Shown here piece after piece: positions 47,265-57,109 of a DNA stretch of 64,000 nt. The position numbers and the translations under genes are program-made. Below the pieces are notes generated by a model. It searched no databases, was not told where the DNA came from, and saw only the letters and a list, made by a program, of their open reading frames with translations. This DNA comes from Thermoleophilia bacterium. Its GTDB lineage: Bacteria; Actinomycetota; Thermoleophilia; RBG-16-64-13. Every line of letters starts with the position of its first letter. Position 1 is the stretch's first letter. The stretch is from positions 540-64,539 of the forward strand of contig JAXGXJ010000009.1 of assembly GCA_040772905.1 (NCBI GenBank), in the 5' to 3' direction.

Positions 47265-48897
47265 CACAGACGTCCTGACCGTCTCGCAGGCCCGGGCGTC
47301 TGTGACCGCCGGCTTCGAAGCGCTGGAAGAGCGGAAGCAGGAGATCAACGACCTCAACGTATACCCGGTGCCCGACGGGGATACCGGTACCAACCTCAGC
47401 CTTACCCTGCGAGGCGTGAGAGATACCCTCGGCAGACTGTCGCCCGCTCTCGAGCAGGGGGAACTCTGCAGTGCGATCGCCCAGGCGGCGCTCATGGGAG
47501 CGCGGGGCAACAGCGGGGTCATCCTGTCGCAGATCGTCAGGGGGGCAATGGAGGTCCTGGGCCACTCCGGGACTGTCACGTCGGCCGTCATCGCCCGCTC
47601 ACTCCGCCATGCCACCGACACCGCCTACCGGGCCGTGCGCAAGCCGGTGGAGGGCACCATGCTCACGGTGCTTCGCGACATGGCCGAGGCGGCCGAGCGG
47701 ATCGTGGGCGACCGGGGTGACGTGGAGAGCCGAGTGCTGCTGGAGGCCGTCATCGCCGAGGGATGGCGCAGCGTGGAGCGTACGCCCTCTCTCCTGCGGG
47801 TGCTCGCCGATGCCGGCGTGGTGGACGCAGGGGGCTTCGGTCTGGTGGTATTGCTGGAAGGCATCGCCAGGGGCGGTCGGGGGACGGTGGTCCCCATCGA
47901 GACCCACGTGGAGCGCGTCCCGTCGTTCGAGGGCGTGCTCATTCCCGAGGAGGAGGAAGAAGAGAGCGCGTACGGCTACTGCACCAGCTTCCTTCTCACC
48001 GGACAGGACTTGGACAAGGACAGCCTGGAAGACGAACTCAGCCGGTTGGGCGACAGCCTGCTGGTGGTGGGAGGGGCCGGACAGATCAAGATCCACGTCC
48101 ACACCGACGACCCGGGCCGGGTGCTCGCGATCGGGACGTCGCTGGGCGTGCTCAGCGAGATAGAGATCGACAACATGAGCGAGCAGGCGGCGGCGCGGGC
48201 CCGGCGCTTGGCTGAGAACGAGGCCCTCCCGGCGGACCCCGGGCTCACCCAGGTGGTGGCCGTGGTGGCGGGCGAGGGTAACAAGCGACTCTTCCGCAAT
48301 CTGGGTGTGGACTTCATCGTGGACGGGGGCCAATCCATGAACCCCTCCACCGAAGACCTCATGCGCGCCATCTCAAGAGCGAAAGCGCCTTCGGTCATCG
48401 TCCTGCCCAACAACGGCAACGTCATCATGACCGCCGATCAGACCACTCGACTGAGCGACAAGAACGTGCTGGTGGTGCCCAGCCGGTCGGTGCAGGCCGG
48501 TCTGACGGCGGCGGTGGTCTATGACAAGCGGAACGAGGGTGAACTCAACGCCCGCGAGATGCGCGCTGCTCTGGAGGGAGTGGTGACCGCCGACATCACG
48601 CAGGCGGTCAGGGATTCTCTGGTGGACGGGGTGCAGGTGAAGGCGCAGGACTTCATCGGTCTCATCGACGATAAGGTGGTCGTGGCGGCGCCCGATCTTG
48701 GTACAGCCCTGGACGAGGTGTTCGCCGTGTTGCTCGATGGAGGGCGTGAGATAGTCACCGCACTGGTGGGGGAGTGTGAACAGGCCGATGAGGCGCGCTC
48801 GCTTCTGGAACGACTCCGTGCCGACCATCCCGAGGTGGAGATCGAAGTGCATGACGGAGGCCAGCCGTTCTATCCTGTGCTGCTCGCCGCCGAGTAG
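47254..48897 (+). CDS. yloV: DAK2 domain fusion protein YloV
   Basis: DAK2 domain (PDGDTGTNLSLTL) with C-terminal DegV-like/YloV extension. Confidence 0.8.
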   Translation: MVSSTDVLTVSQARASVTAGFEALEERKQEINDLNVYPVPDGDTGTNLSLTLRGVRDTLGRLSPALEQGELCSAIAQAALMGARGNSGVILSQIVRGAMEVLGHSGTVTSAVIARSLRHATDTAYRAVRKPVEGTMLTVLRDMAEAAERIVGDRGDVESRVLLEAVIAEGWRSVERTPSLLRVLADAGVVDAGGFGLVVLLEGIARGGRGTVVPIETHVERVPSFEGVLIPEEEEEESAYGYCTSFLLTGQDLDKDSLEDELSRLGDSLLVVGGAGQIKIHVHTDDPGRVLAIGTSLGVLSEIEIDNMSEQAAARARRLAENEALPADPGLTQVVAVVAGEGNKRLFRNLGVDFIVDGGQSMNPSTEDLMRAISRAKAPSVIVLPNNGNVIMTADQTTRLSDKNVLVVPSRSVQAGLTAAVVYDKRNEGELNAREMRAALEGVVTADITQAVRDSLVDGVQVKAQDFIGLIDDKVVVAAPDLGTALDEVFAVLLDGGREIVTALVGECEQADEARSLLERLRADHPEVEIEVHDGGQPFYPVLLAAE

Positions 48898-48930
48898 ATC
48901 CGCGTACGACGACGTGAGGGGAGAGCGACG

Positions 48931-49788
48931 ATGATCATCGATCGACAGACCACGGCGCTGGTAGTGGATTCCACCGCGGACCTTCCCGAACGGTTGGTGG
49001 ACGATCCCAACATCAACATCATCCCGCTGACGGTGTACTTCGGAGAGGAACACTTCCTCGACTGGATCGAATTGAAGCCGGAGGAGTTCTACGAACGCCT
49101 CAAGAACGCACCTGAGCTGCCGCGCACCTCACAGCCCTCGGCCGGGGCCTTCCTGGAGTTGTACACCAGACTGCGCGAGCACTACCAGCGGGTCTACTCG
49201 GTGCATCTCAGCAGCAAGTTCAGCGGCACGTGTGCCAGTGCTGAGGTGGCCCAGAGCCAGATCGACGGCGTGAAGGTGGTTGATTCTGAGCTTGCCACTG
49301 GTGGCATCGCACTGCTGGTGGACCGCATGATCGAACGCTTGGAGCGGGGGACCCCCGAGGAGGAGTTCGACGCGTACATCGAGCGGTTTCAGAAGGAGAA
49401 GGTCTTCTACTTCCTCCCCACCACGTTGGATCAGTTGTACAAGGGTGGCCGCATAGGCCGGGCGTCGCACCTGGTGGGTACGCTTCTCAACATCAAGCCC
49501 GTGCTCATCATCGACGGGGGCGTTATCGACGTGTACAAGAAGGTACGCGGAGTCCGCCAGGCCCTGGAGGTCATGGTGGACGGCATGATCGAGCACACGC
49601 GCCCGGACCTCACCACATACGTGAGCCTGTCTCATGGATTGAACGAGCCTGTGGTGGAGCAGTTGCGCGAGATGGTGCGCGCGGTGCCCGACCGTACCAT
49701 CGACATCAGGCTCACCAGCGTGGTGGGCGCCGTCATAGGCACGTACGTCGGCCCGCAGGCGGTGTCCCTCAGCTTCATCCAGGAATGA
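48931..49788 (+). CDS. DegV family fatty-acid-binding protein
   Basis: DegV N-terminus (ALVVDSTADLP...NIIPLTV). Confidence 0.8.
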   Translation: MIIDRQTTALVVDSTADLPERLVDDPNINIIPLTVYFGEEHFLDWIELKPEEFYERLKNAPELPRTSQPSAGAFLELYTRLREHYQRVYSVHLSSKFSGTCASAEVAQSQIDGVKVVDSELATGGIALLVDRMIERLERGTPEEEFDAYIERFQKEKVFYFLPTTLDQLYKGGRIGRASHLVGTLLNIKPVLIIDGGVIDVYKKVRGVRQALEVMVDGMIEHTRPDLTTYVSLSHGLNEPVVEQLREMVRAVPDRTIDIRLTSVVGAVIGTYVGPQAVSLSFIQE

Positions 49789-51965
49789 GCGCGCGCGCAG
49801 GGGGTGGCATCCACTACCCCTTGGGCGCCGGAGAAGCGAAGGCCGGCGGCTCCCTGACGCTGCCGCCCACCAGCAAACGCGACCTCGATCCCGCGCGCCT
49901 GTGCCGTCCGGTCTCCATGGTGCGGGGAGTGGGACCCACTATCCATCGCCGGTTGCAGGGGTTGGGTATCGCGACCGTGGGCGACCTGCTGCTGCATCTA
50001 CCCTTCAGGCACGAACCTCCCTCGCGAATGGTGGGCGTGGGTGCTCTCAGCGTGGGCGACGAGGTGACGTTGCGGGTGCAGGTGGTGTCGTGCGCGGTGC
50101 GTGAGACCTCCCGGCGAAGGGTGAAGGTGCTGGAGGCTTTGGTATCCGACGAAAGCGGCAGCGTGCTGGCGGTCTGGTACAACCAGCCGTATCTGGAGGC
50201 GCCGTTCAAGGAGAAGCCCGAGGTGCTCTTGAAGGGCATGCTCGTCCGCCAGCGGGGTACCCCGGTGTTCATGGTCAAGCGGCACGAGATCCTGGGAGAG
50301 AAAGGGGAGAGCTTCCACATCCTGGGTCTGGTGCCCGTGTACCCAAGCACGGCCGACCTCAGCGTGCGCACCATCCGCAACCTCTTGCACAACGCCACTC
50401 CCGAGGCCCGGCATCTGCCCGAGCCGCTTCCGGCTCGTCTGTTGGCGGCGCGAGGCTATGCGCGCAGGAACGATGCCGTCATCGCCAGCCATTTCCCGGT
50501 CGATCAGCGGGACGCGGCCCGGGCGAGGGAGCGGTTGGCCTTCGAGGAACTCCTGCTGTTGCAGACGGCCGTGCTGCGCAGAAGGCGACGACAGGACGCA
50601 GAACGCGGGGCTCGATGCCTGGACGCCCCAGGTGAGCTGAGCAGTCGCTTCATCCGTGGGCTGCCGTTCGAACTGACGAAGGCGCAGACGAGGGTCATGG
50701 CGGAGATCGATGCCGATCTGCAGCGCGGCGTCCCCATGAGGCGCCTGCTGCACGGAGATGTGGGTTCGGGCAAGACCGTCGTGGCCGCCTACTGCATGCT
50801 GCGGGCCGTCGAACAGGGTGGGCAGGCGGTACTCATGGCACCCACCGAGGTGCTGGCCGACCAGCATCATGTCAACCTCTGCACGCAGTTGGAACCCTTG
50901 GGCGTACGGGTGCGGTTGTTGAAGGGAAGCCAGTCCGGAAGAGAACGTAAGGACGCGCTGGAGATGCTGCGCACAGGGGATGTCGACTTGGTGGTGGGGA
51001 CCCACGCCCTCATCCAGGAGGGGGTGGAGTTCAAAGACCTGCGCGTGGCCGTGGTGGATGAACAGCACCGTTTTGGAGTGCGGCAACGCGACGCTATCCT
51101 GGGGGCGGAGGCCGAGGGATGCTGGCCTCACACCCTGCACATGTCGGCCACACCCATCCCGCGTACGCTGAGTCTTACACTCTACGGCGACTTGGATGTG
51201 AGCACGTTGGATGAGAGCCCTGCGGGCCGCTCGCCGGTGAACACCCGTCTCGTGTTCCCCGGTTCGGAGGGGCGGATGTGGGAGTTCGTGCGGGCCCAGT
51301 TGCGCGCGGGACGCCAGGCGTACGTGGTGTGTCCGCTCATCGACGAGAGCGAGTCACTGCAGACGGCATCGGCGAAACAGACGGCGGCTGAACTCGCCGC
51401 GGGCGAGTTGGCTGGATGGCGCGTGGGGCTCCTTCACGGTCAGTTGCCCGCGCAGGAGAAGGCCGCGACCATGGCCGCCTATGCCGCCGGTGACGTGGAC
51501 GTGCTGGTGAGTACCACCGTCATCGAGGTGGGCATCGACGTGGCCAACGCCACCGTCATGGTGATCCTGGGTGCGCGTCGCTTCGGCCTGTCGCAGCTGC
51601 ATCAGTTGCGGGGCAGAGTGGGGAGGGGTGCGGAACGCTCGTACTGCTTCCTGCCCGCTGAAGACGAGGATGAGGCGGTGTTGGAGCGTCTGGCTCTGTT
51701 CGCCCGCACCAACGACGGCTTCGCGCTCGCGGAAGCCGACCTGGCCGCCCGCGGGGAGGGCCAGTTGTTCGGCGACAGACAATCGGGCGTGAGCGATCTT
51801 CAGGTCGCGTCGCTGCTTCGCGACCAACGTCTGCTGGAGGAGGCGAGGACCGTGGCGGCCCGTGTGCTGGGGGAGCGCGACGAACACGACCCGGTGTGGG
51901 GCCCGCTGCTCGCGGCCGCCGAGGAGCGCTTCGGACAGAAGGTCGACTGGCTGGACCGGGTGTGA
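49785..51965 (+). CDS. recG: ATP-dependent DNA helicase RecG
   Basis: RecG motifs (GDVGSGKTVVA, DEQHRFGV, VSTTVIEVGIDV, LHQLRGRVGRG). Start ambiguous: the ATG at 49785 overlaps the degV stop; an alternative ATG at 49917 gives a more typical 682 aa. Confidence 0.85.
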   Translation: MSARAGGGIHYPLGAGEAKAGGSLTLPPTSKRDLDPARLCRPVSMVRGVGPTIHRRLQGLGIATVGDLLLHLPFRHEPPSRMVGVGALSVGDEVTLRVQVVSCAVRETSRRRVKVLEALVSDESGSVLAVWYNQPYLEAPFKEKPEVLLKGMLVRQRGTPVFMVKRHEILGEKGESFHILGLVPVYPSTADLSVRTIRNLLHNATPEARHLPEPLPARLLAARGYARRNDAVIASHFPVDQRDAARARERLAFEELLLLQTAVLRRRRRQDAERGARCLDAPGELSSRFIRGLPFELTKAQTRVMAEIDADLQRGVPMRRLLHGDVGSGKTVVAAYCMLRAVEQGGQAVLMAPTEVLADQHHVNLCTQLEPLGVRVRLLKGSQSGRERKDALEMLRTGDVDLVVGTHALIQEGVEFKDLRVAVVDEQHRFGVRQRDAILGAEAEGCWPHTLHMSATPIPRTLSLTLYGDLDVSTLDESPAGRSPVNTRLVFPGSEGRMWEFVRAQLRAGRQAYVVCPLIDESESLQTASAKQTAAELAAGELAGWRVGLLHGQLPAQEKAATMAAYAAGDVDVLVSTTVIEVGIDVANATVMVILGARRFGLSQLHQLRGRVGRGAERSYCFLPAEDEDEAVLERLALFARTNDGFALAEADLAARGEGQLFGDRQSGVSDLQVASLLRDQRLLEEARTVAARVLGERDEHDPVWGPLLAAAEERFGQKVDWLDRV

Positions 51966-52537
51966 GCGCTCCGAAGCCGGGGACGATACGAGTCATCGGG
52001 GGCAGCCGCCGCGGCCGTCGTCTCAAGGTGCCGGGTAGAGGCGAGGTGCGCCCCACCAGCGACCGGGTGCGGGAAGCCATCTTCGACGTGCTGGGGTCGC
52101 TGGAGGGCCTGCGAGTGGTGGACCTGTTCGCCGGCAGCGGGGCGATGGGTATCGAATCCCTGTCACGTGGGGCCATGCATTGTGTGTTCGTGGAGAGCGA
52201 CCCTCAGGTGGCGAGTGTATTGCGGGGGAACCTGGTCACTCTGGGTTTCGCGCCGGAGAGCTACGAGGTGGTGTGTGCCGACTACAGCCGCGCCGCCCGC
52301 CGCCTGGCGGCGGGCGGCGCCACCGATTTGCTCTTTGTAGACCCTCCTTATAGAATGCTGCCGGAAGTGGAAGTGATGTTGGAGCCTCTGCTGCCGTCTA
52401 TGCTCGTCGATGAGGGCGTGGTGGTGGTGGAGGCTCATCGCTCGGTGCCGGTTGACATGGGATCGGAGTCCGTCTTCGACCGGGTGTACGGCGATACCAG
52501 AGTGGTCATGCTCAGAGTGAGGAGGAACGTCCGGTGA
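51962..52537 (+). CDS. rsmD: 16S rRNA (guanine966-N2)-methyltransferase
   Basis: RPTSDRVREAIFD, DLFAGSGAMGIE, DPPY motifs. GTG start overlapping the recG stop. Confidence 0.75.
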   Translation: MSAPKPGTIRVIGGSRRGRRLKVPGRGEVRPTSDRVREAIFDVLGSLEGLRVVDLFAGSGAMGIESLSRGAMHCVFVESDPQVASVLRGNLVTLGFAPESYEVVCADYSRAARRLAAGGATDLLFVDPPYRMLPEVEVMLEPLLPSMLVDEGVVVVEAHRSVPVDMGSESVFDRVYGDTRVVMLRVRRNVR

Positions 52538-53028
52538 ACGTCGCGCTCTTGCCCGGCAGCTACGATCCGGTCACCGTAGGACACTTGGACGTGATCTCGC
52601 GCTGCAGCGCCATGTTCGACGACGTGGTCGTGGGTGTGGTCGACGATTCCTTCCGCAAGACAGCTATGTTCTCCACTCAGGAGCGCATCGCGTTCCTGGA
52701 GGAATCCACCCGGCATCTGGCGAATGTGAGAGCCGTGCCTCTACGCGGCCTGGTGGTGACGCTGGCCCGCCAAGTGGGTGCCCATGTGTTGGTGAAAGGC
52801 CTGCGAGCCGTCACCGACTTCGAGTATGAGTTCCAGATGGCGCAGTTGAACCGGAAGTTGGACCCTGAACTCGAGACGATGTACCTTATGGCCTCGCCCG
52901 AGTACTCGTTCTTGAGCTCCAGCGGAGTGAAGGAGATCGCCAAGTATGGGGGCTGTATCAGTGATCTAGTGCCCGAGGTGGTGGAGCGCCGCTTCGCGGA
53001 AATGTTTGGAAGCGTGGAGGCTGAATGA
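52534..53028 (+). CDS. coaD: phosphopantetheine adenylyltransferase
   Basis: PGSYDPVTVGHLD (T/HxGH) and Rossmann-like fold. Confidence 0.9.
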   Translation: MNVALLPGSYDPVTVGHLDVISRCSAMFDDVVVGVVDDSFRKTAMFSTQERIAFLEESTRHLANVRAVPLRGLVVTLARQVGAHVLVKGLRAVTDFEYEFQMAQLNRKLDPELETMYLMASPEYSFLSSSGVKEIAKYGGCISDLVPEVVERRFAEMFGSVEAE

Positions 53029-53492
53029 TGGATGTTCTCGTGCTGATAGACAAGCTGGACGACCTTGTCCACGGAGCCAGCACCTTCCCCATGACCGACA
53101 AGGTCATGATCGACCGCGACGAGATCTACGATCTGCTCGACCAGATGCGGGCCACCATCCCCGAAGAGATCAAGCAGGCCCGCTGGATCGTCAAGGAACG
53201 TCAGGAGATGCTACAGGAGGCCAAGGAAGAGGCCGAGCGTATCCTCACCGAGGCTCGCGAGGAGGCGCAGCGTCTGGCCAGCGAGCAGGAGATCGTGCGC
53301 CTGGCCCAGCGTCAGTCGGAAGACATCATCCGCGACGCCGAAGCCCGCGAGCGCGAGATCCGTTTGGGTGCCGAGGACTACGCCGACGAGATCTTCAAGA
53401 CTTTGGAGACCAACTTGGACAAGTTCCTGGCGGCGGTGCAGCGGGGGCGGGAGCGCCTTCAGGCCGGTTCAGGAGGCTCGGAGCTCCTCTAG
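53025..53492 (+). CDS. hypothetical coiled-coil protein (ATP synthase b-like helical repeats)
   Basis: Highly charged helical sequence (EEAKEEAERILTEAREEAQRLASE...). GC3-rich. Conserved position between coaD and yceD. Confidence 0.45.
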   Translation: MMDVLVLIDKLDDLVHGASTFPMTDKVMIDRDEIYDLLDQMRATIPEEIKQARWIVKERQEMLQEAKEEAERILTEAREEAQRLASEQEIVRLAQRQSEDIIRDAEAREREIRLGAEDYADEIFKTLETNLDKFLAAVQRGRERLQAGSGGSELL

Positions 53493-53519
53493 GCATTTGT
53501 TGCCGGAGGCCGCCGGGCC

Positions 53520-54041
53520 ATGGACGCATCCGAGCTACATGTCGACCTGAACGAGCTTGCGCTCCGCACGGGTGAGAGCTGGGAGCGCACCTACCCGCTG
53601 GAGATGCCGCCGGTCGTCCTGGGGGGGACTCCCTATGAGGTGGTCATACCCGACGGTGTGACTCTCAGCGCGACTCGGGTCGCGGGCGGGTTCCTGGTGG
53701 GCGTGAATCTGAGCGCGAACCTCTATGGGCCCTGCGAGCGCTGTCTCAAAGAAGTCGTGCTGCGGTTGCAGGCCGATGAGGAGGAGTTCGTACCCACGGC
53801 CGAGGACCGCTGGCAGGAGTCCGAGTTCAGCGAGTTCATCGTCGATATGGTGGTGGACGTCAGAGCCTTGGCGCGAGAGGCACTGGTGTTGGCCCTTCCC
53901 ACGCAGATCGTGTGCTCCACCGACTGCCTGGGTCTGTGCGCCCGCTGTGGTGAAGACCTCAACCTGGGCCCCTGCGGGTGCGAGACGGACGGTGGCGACG
54001 AACGCTGGCAGCAGCTGAAGCAGCTCAAGCTCGACCCTTGA
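53520..54041 (+). CDS. yceD: YceD/DUF177 family protein (large ribosomal subunit accumulation)
   Basis: DUF177 Cys motifs (CERCL...CSTDCLGLCARCGEDLNLGPCGC); located upstream of rpmF. Confidence 0.75.
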   Translation: MDASELHVDLNELALRTGESWERTYPLEMPPVVLGGTPYEVVIPDGVTLSATRVAGGFLVGVNLSANLYGPCERCLKEVVLRLQADEEEFVPTAEDRWQESEFSEFIVDMVVDVRALAREALVLALPTQIVCSTDCLGLCARCGEDLNLGPCGCETDGGDERWQQLKQLKLDP

Positions 54042-54103
54042 AATATCCCCGCCGATGGGGTACAAACTCACGGTTTCCCCATAGGTTGAGAGAGAGGCGG
54101 ATC

Positions 54104-54283
54104 ATGGCCGTTCCCAAGAGAAAGACTTCACGCGCCCGTCGGGACGCCCGGCGTGCGACTCATGCCGGCAAAGCGCCCAGCGTGGCTGAATGTCCGCAGT
54201 GCCACAGCCCGCGGCTGCCCCACCGGGTGTGCCCCAACTGCGGCATGTACGACGGTCGTCAGGTTGTCCAAGTAGAGGAGTGA
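54104..54283 (+). CDS. rpmF: 50S ribosomal protein L32
   Basis: MAVPKRKTSRARRDARRA...CPQCHSPRLPHRVCPNCGMY. Confidence 0.85.
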   Translation: MAVPKRKTSRARRDARRATHAGKAPSVAECPQCHSPRLPHRVCPNCGMYDGRQVVQVEE

Positions 54284-54327
54284 CGTCCCGCGGGACCGTT
54301 CGCCGGTCTTAGGGGGCTTACGCCCAC

Positions 54328-54573
54328 ATGCAGATCATCGTGCAAGAGGGAGAGGCTTCGGTGAGTCTGGTGACGCCCATCCAGGCGCCCGATGACTCCC
54401 TGCGCACTACCAGCGTGCAGCACGTGCTGGGCGCGGTGAAGGTCTACTATCGCGATTTCGAGGTGGTGCGCGTGGAGGCGCGCGAGGGCAGCCTGGAGTT
54501 GCTCCCCGCCATCATCGGTGCCATCAGTTGGTTGCGTAAGGACCGCTGCTACCAACTCAAGCCGGGGTCGTAG
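54328..54573 (+). CDS. hypothetical small protein (81 aa)
   Basis: GC3-rich ORF with AGGGGG Shine-Dalgarno; no recognisable domain. Confidence 0.35.
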   Translation: MQIIVQEGEASVSLVTPIQAPDDSLRTTSVQHVLGAVKVYYRDFEVVRVEAREGSLELLPAIIGAISWLRKDRCYQLKPGS

Positions 54574-54731
54574 GATGTTCTGCCGCCGGGACGTGTACGC
54601 ACGCGTGGGTCGAGCCACCGACGGCATTGCACATCGTGACATCCGTTTCTTCGAGGACGCTGCCCTCCGGCGGCGTCCTTTGGTTTCTTGGAAGGCACAC
54701 ACGAACTGAACTCTCGTTGAGGAGGGATCGA

Positions 54732-56816
54732 ATGGCGCTGTCAGATCCGGCCAAGATCAGGAACATCTCTGTGGTGGGTCATCGCGGGGCGGGCAAGACC
54801 TCGATCATAGAGGCGCTGCTCTTCACTGCCGGGGTCAAGAACCGTCTGGGCACGGTCATGGACGGGACCACCGTCATGGACCATGACGAGGACGAGATCA
54901 AACGGCAGATGACCATCTCCGCAGGCCTGGCGCACCTGGATTGGGGTGGGGCCAAGCTGAATCTCTTGGATACCCCCGGCGAGGCTTCTTTCATCAACGA
55001 AGCTTTGGGCACCCTGAGCGTGGTCGAAGGTGTGTTGATGGTGGTCAACGCTGTCACCAAGGTGGAGGTCCAGACCGAACGAGTGTGGAAACGCGCGGTC
55101 GACATGGGTGTCTCCCGGGTGGTGGCCGTCAACATGATGGACCGGGAACGCGCCTACTTCGGCGAGGCGGTCGCCGCCCTGCAGGCCCGTTTCGGCGACA
55201 GTGTGGTCGCCCTGGGTCTGCCCATCGGCGAAGAAGCCGAGTTCCACGGAGTGGTGGATCTTCTGGCCATGAAGGCCTACACGTACTCGGGTGGCGCCGG
55301 CAAGGGCACCGAGCAACCCATCCCCGACGACCTGCAGGCCGCCGCCGAGGAAGCTCGCGAGAAGCTGGTCGACCGAGTGGCTGAAGCCGACGACGCGTTG
55401 CTTGAGAAGTACCTCGAAGGCGAGGAGCTCACCCAGGAGGAGATCACCGCCGCCCTGCAGTCGGCCGTGGCGGCCGGCCTGGTCTGCCCGGCCCTGCCGG
55501 TGTCGGCCACGAAGAACATCGGCATCGACCGCCTGCTGCAGCTCGCGCTGACGGTCCCGTCGCCGGCCGCACGGGGACCACGCGTGGCCTTCGCCGGCAC
55601 CACCGGCACCGACGAGCAAGAACTGCCCGTGGACGTGGCTGCGTCCACCGCAGTCTTCGTGTTCAAGACCATCTACGACCAGTTCTCCGGCCGCGTGAAC
55701 CTTGTGCGCATATTCTCGGGCAAGATCAGCACCGACACGCAACTGTTGAACATCCGCACGGCGGAAAAGGAACGCACCGGCAACATCCTGCTCATGACCG
55801 GCAAAGAAACCAAGGCCGTCGACGAAGCGGGCGCAGGCGACATCGTGGCGCTGGCCAAACTCAAGGACACCGGCACCGGCGACACGCTGTGCGATCCGGC
55901 GCATCCCGTCCGTCTGCCGCGCTATGAGTTCCCGCCGCCGGCCATCTCTTTCGCGATCACGCCCAAGACCAGGGGCGACGAGGAGAAGGTCTCCAACGGA
56001 CTGCGGCGTCTGGGTGAGGAAGATCCGGCTATGGAGCTGCGCTTCGACCCGCAGACCAAGGAGATGCTCATCTCCGGCACCAGCCAGGTGCATGTGGAGG
56101 TGATACTGGACAAGCTCAAGCGACGCTTCGGTGTGGAGGTCGACCTGCATCCGCCGCAAGTCCCGTATCGTGAGACCATCCGCAAGAAGGCCACGGCGCA
56201 GGGCCGGCACAAGAAGCAGACCGGCGGGCGCGGCCAGTTCGGCGACTGCTGGATCGAGGTGGAGCCCCTGCCGCGCAGCGAGGGCTATCAGTTCGAGGAC
56301 GCCATCTTCGGCGGATCGATCCCCAGGAACTTCATCCCTGCCGTGGAGAAGGGCATCGTGGAGGCCATGGAGCAGGGCGTCATCGCCGGATACCCGGTGG
56401 TGGACGTGAAAGTGAAGCTCTTCGACGGCTCCTATCACACTGTCGACTCCTCGGAACTGGCGTTCAAGCTGGCCGGAGGCTTGGCCTGGAACAAGGCCAT
56501 GACCGAGGCGATGCCCGTGCTGCTGGAGCCCGTCATGAACGTCGAGGTCATCGCGCCCGAGGAGAACATGGGCGACATCATGGGCGACCTTTCGAGTCGC
56601 CGCGGCCGCCCGCAAGGCAGCGAGAGCATGGGCGAGATGCACGTGATCCGTGCCCAGGTCCCCCTGGCCGAGATGCTCACGTACGCTCCGCAGTTGCGCT
56701 CCATGACGGGTGGTCGGGGTTCGTTCACGCTGGAGTTCGATCACTACGAGGAAGTGCCCTCGCACCTCACCGAGAAGATCGTGGCCGAGGCCAAGGCCCG
56801 CAAGGCAGGCGAGTAG
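54732..56816 (+). CDS. fusA: elongation factor G paralog (EF-G2-like translational GTPase)
   Basis: G1 motif GHRGAGKTS, DTPG, NMMD; EF-G domains II-V present; lacks a canonical EF-G N-terminus. GAGGGA Shine-Dalgarno. Confidence 0.85.
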   Translation: MALSDPAKIRNISVVGHRGAGKTSIIEALLFTAGVKNRLGTVMDGTTVMDHDEDEIKRQMTISAGLAHLDWGGAKLNLLDTPGEASFINEALGTLSVVEGVLMVVNAVTKVEVQTERVWKRAVDMGVSRVVAVNMMDRERAYFGEAVAALQARFGDSVVALGLPIGEEAEFHGVVDLLAMKAYTYSGGAGKGTEQPIPDDLQAAAEEAREKLVDRVAEADDALLEKYLEGEELTQEEITAALQSAVAAGLVCPALPVSATKNIGIDRLLQLALTVPSPAARGPRVAFAGTTGTDEQELPVDVAASTAVFVFKTIYDQFSGRVNLVRIFSGKISTDTQLLNIRTAEKERTGNILLMTGKETKAVDEAGAGDIVALAKLKDTGTGDTLCDPAHPVRLPRYEFPPPAISFAITPKTRGDEEKVSNGLRRLGEEDPAMELRFDPQTKEMLISGTSQVHVEVILDKLKRRFGVEVDLHPPQVPYRETIRKKATAQGRHKKQTGGRGQFGDCWIEVEPLPRSEGYQFEDAIFGGSIPRNFIPAVEKGIVEAMEQGVIAGYPVVDVKVKLFDGSYHTVDSSELAFKLAGGLAWNKAMTEAMPVLLEPVMNVEVIAPEENMGDIMGDLSSRRGRPQGSESMGEMHVIRAQVPLAEMLTYAPQLRSMTGGRGSFTLEFDHYEEVPSHLTEKIVAEAKARKAGE

Positions 56817-57109
56817 CGGGCAAGTTCCGAGTATCAGTCAGAGACCCTGCGCGCTCGCATACCAGCTTCGCGAGCCTGGCACCCTTGGGTGTCAGGCTCA
56901 GCGGACACGCGAGCGCGCAGGGACCCTCTCAGCCGCTCACCGCCGGTCCGCTGCCGTGGCCGCCGCATGAAAGCCTTTGATAGGCGCATCTGGCCGTGAC
57001 ACGCCCCCTCAAGTAAGTCGTCACCTGCTCCGATGTATGCAACGCAGGATGATTGCAAGAAATCTTGTATTATTCTGGTGATGCAACTATCGTCATCGGC
57101 GGAGGAGCG

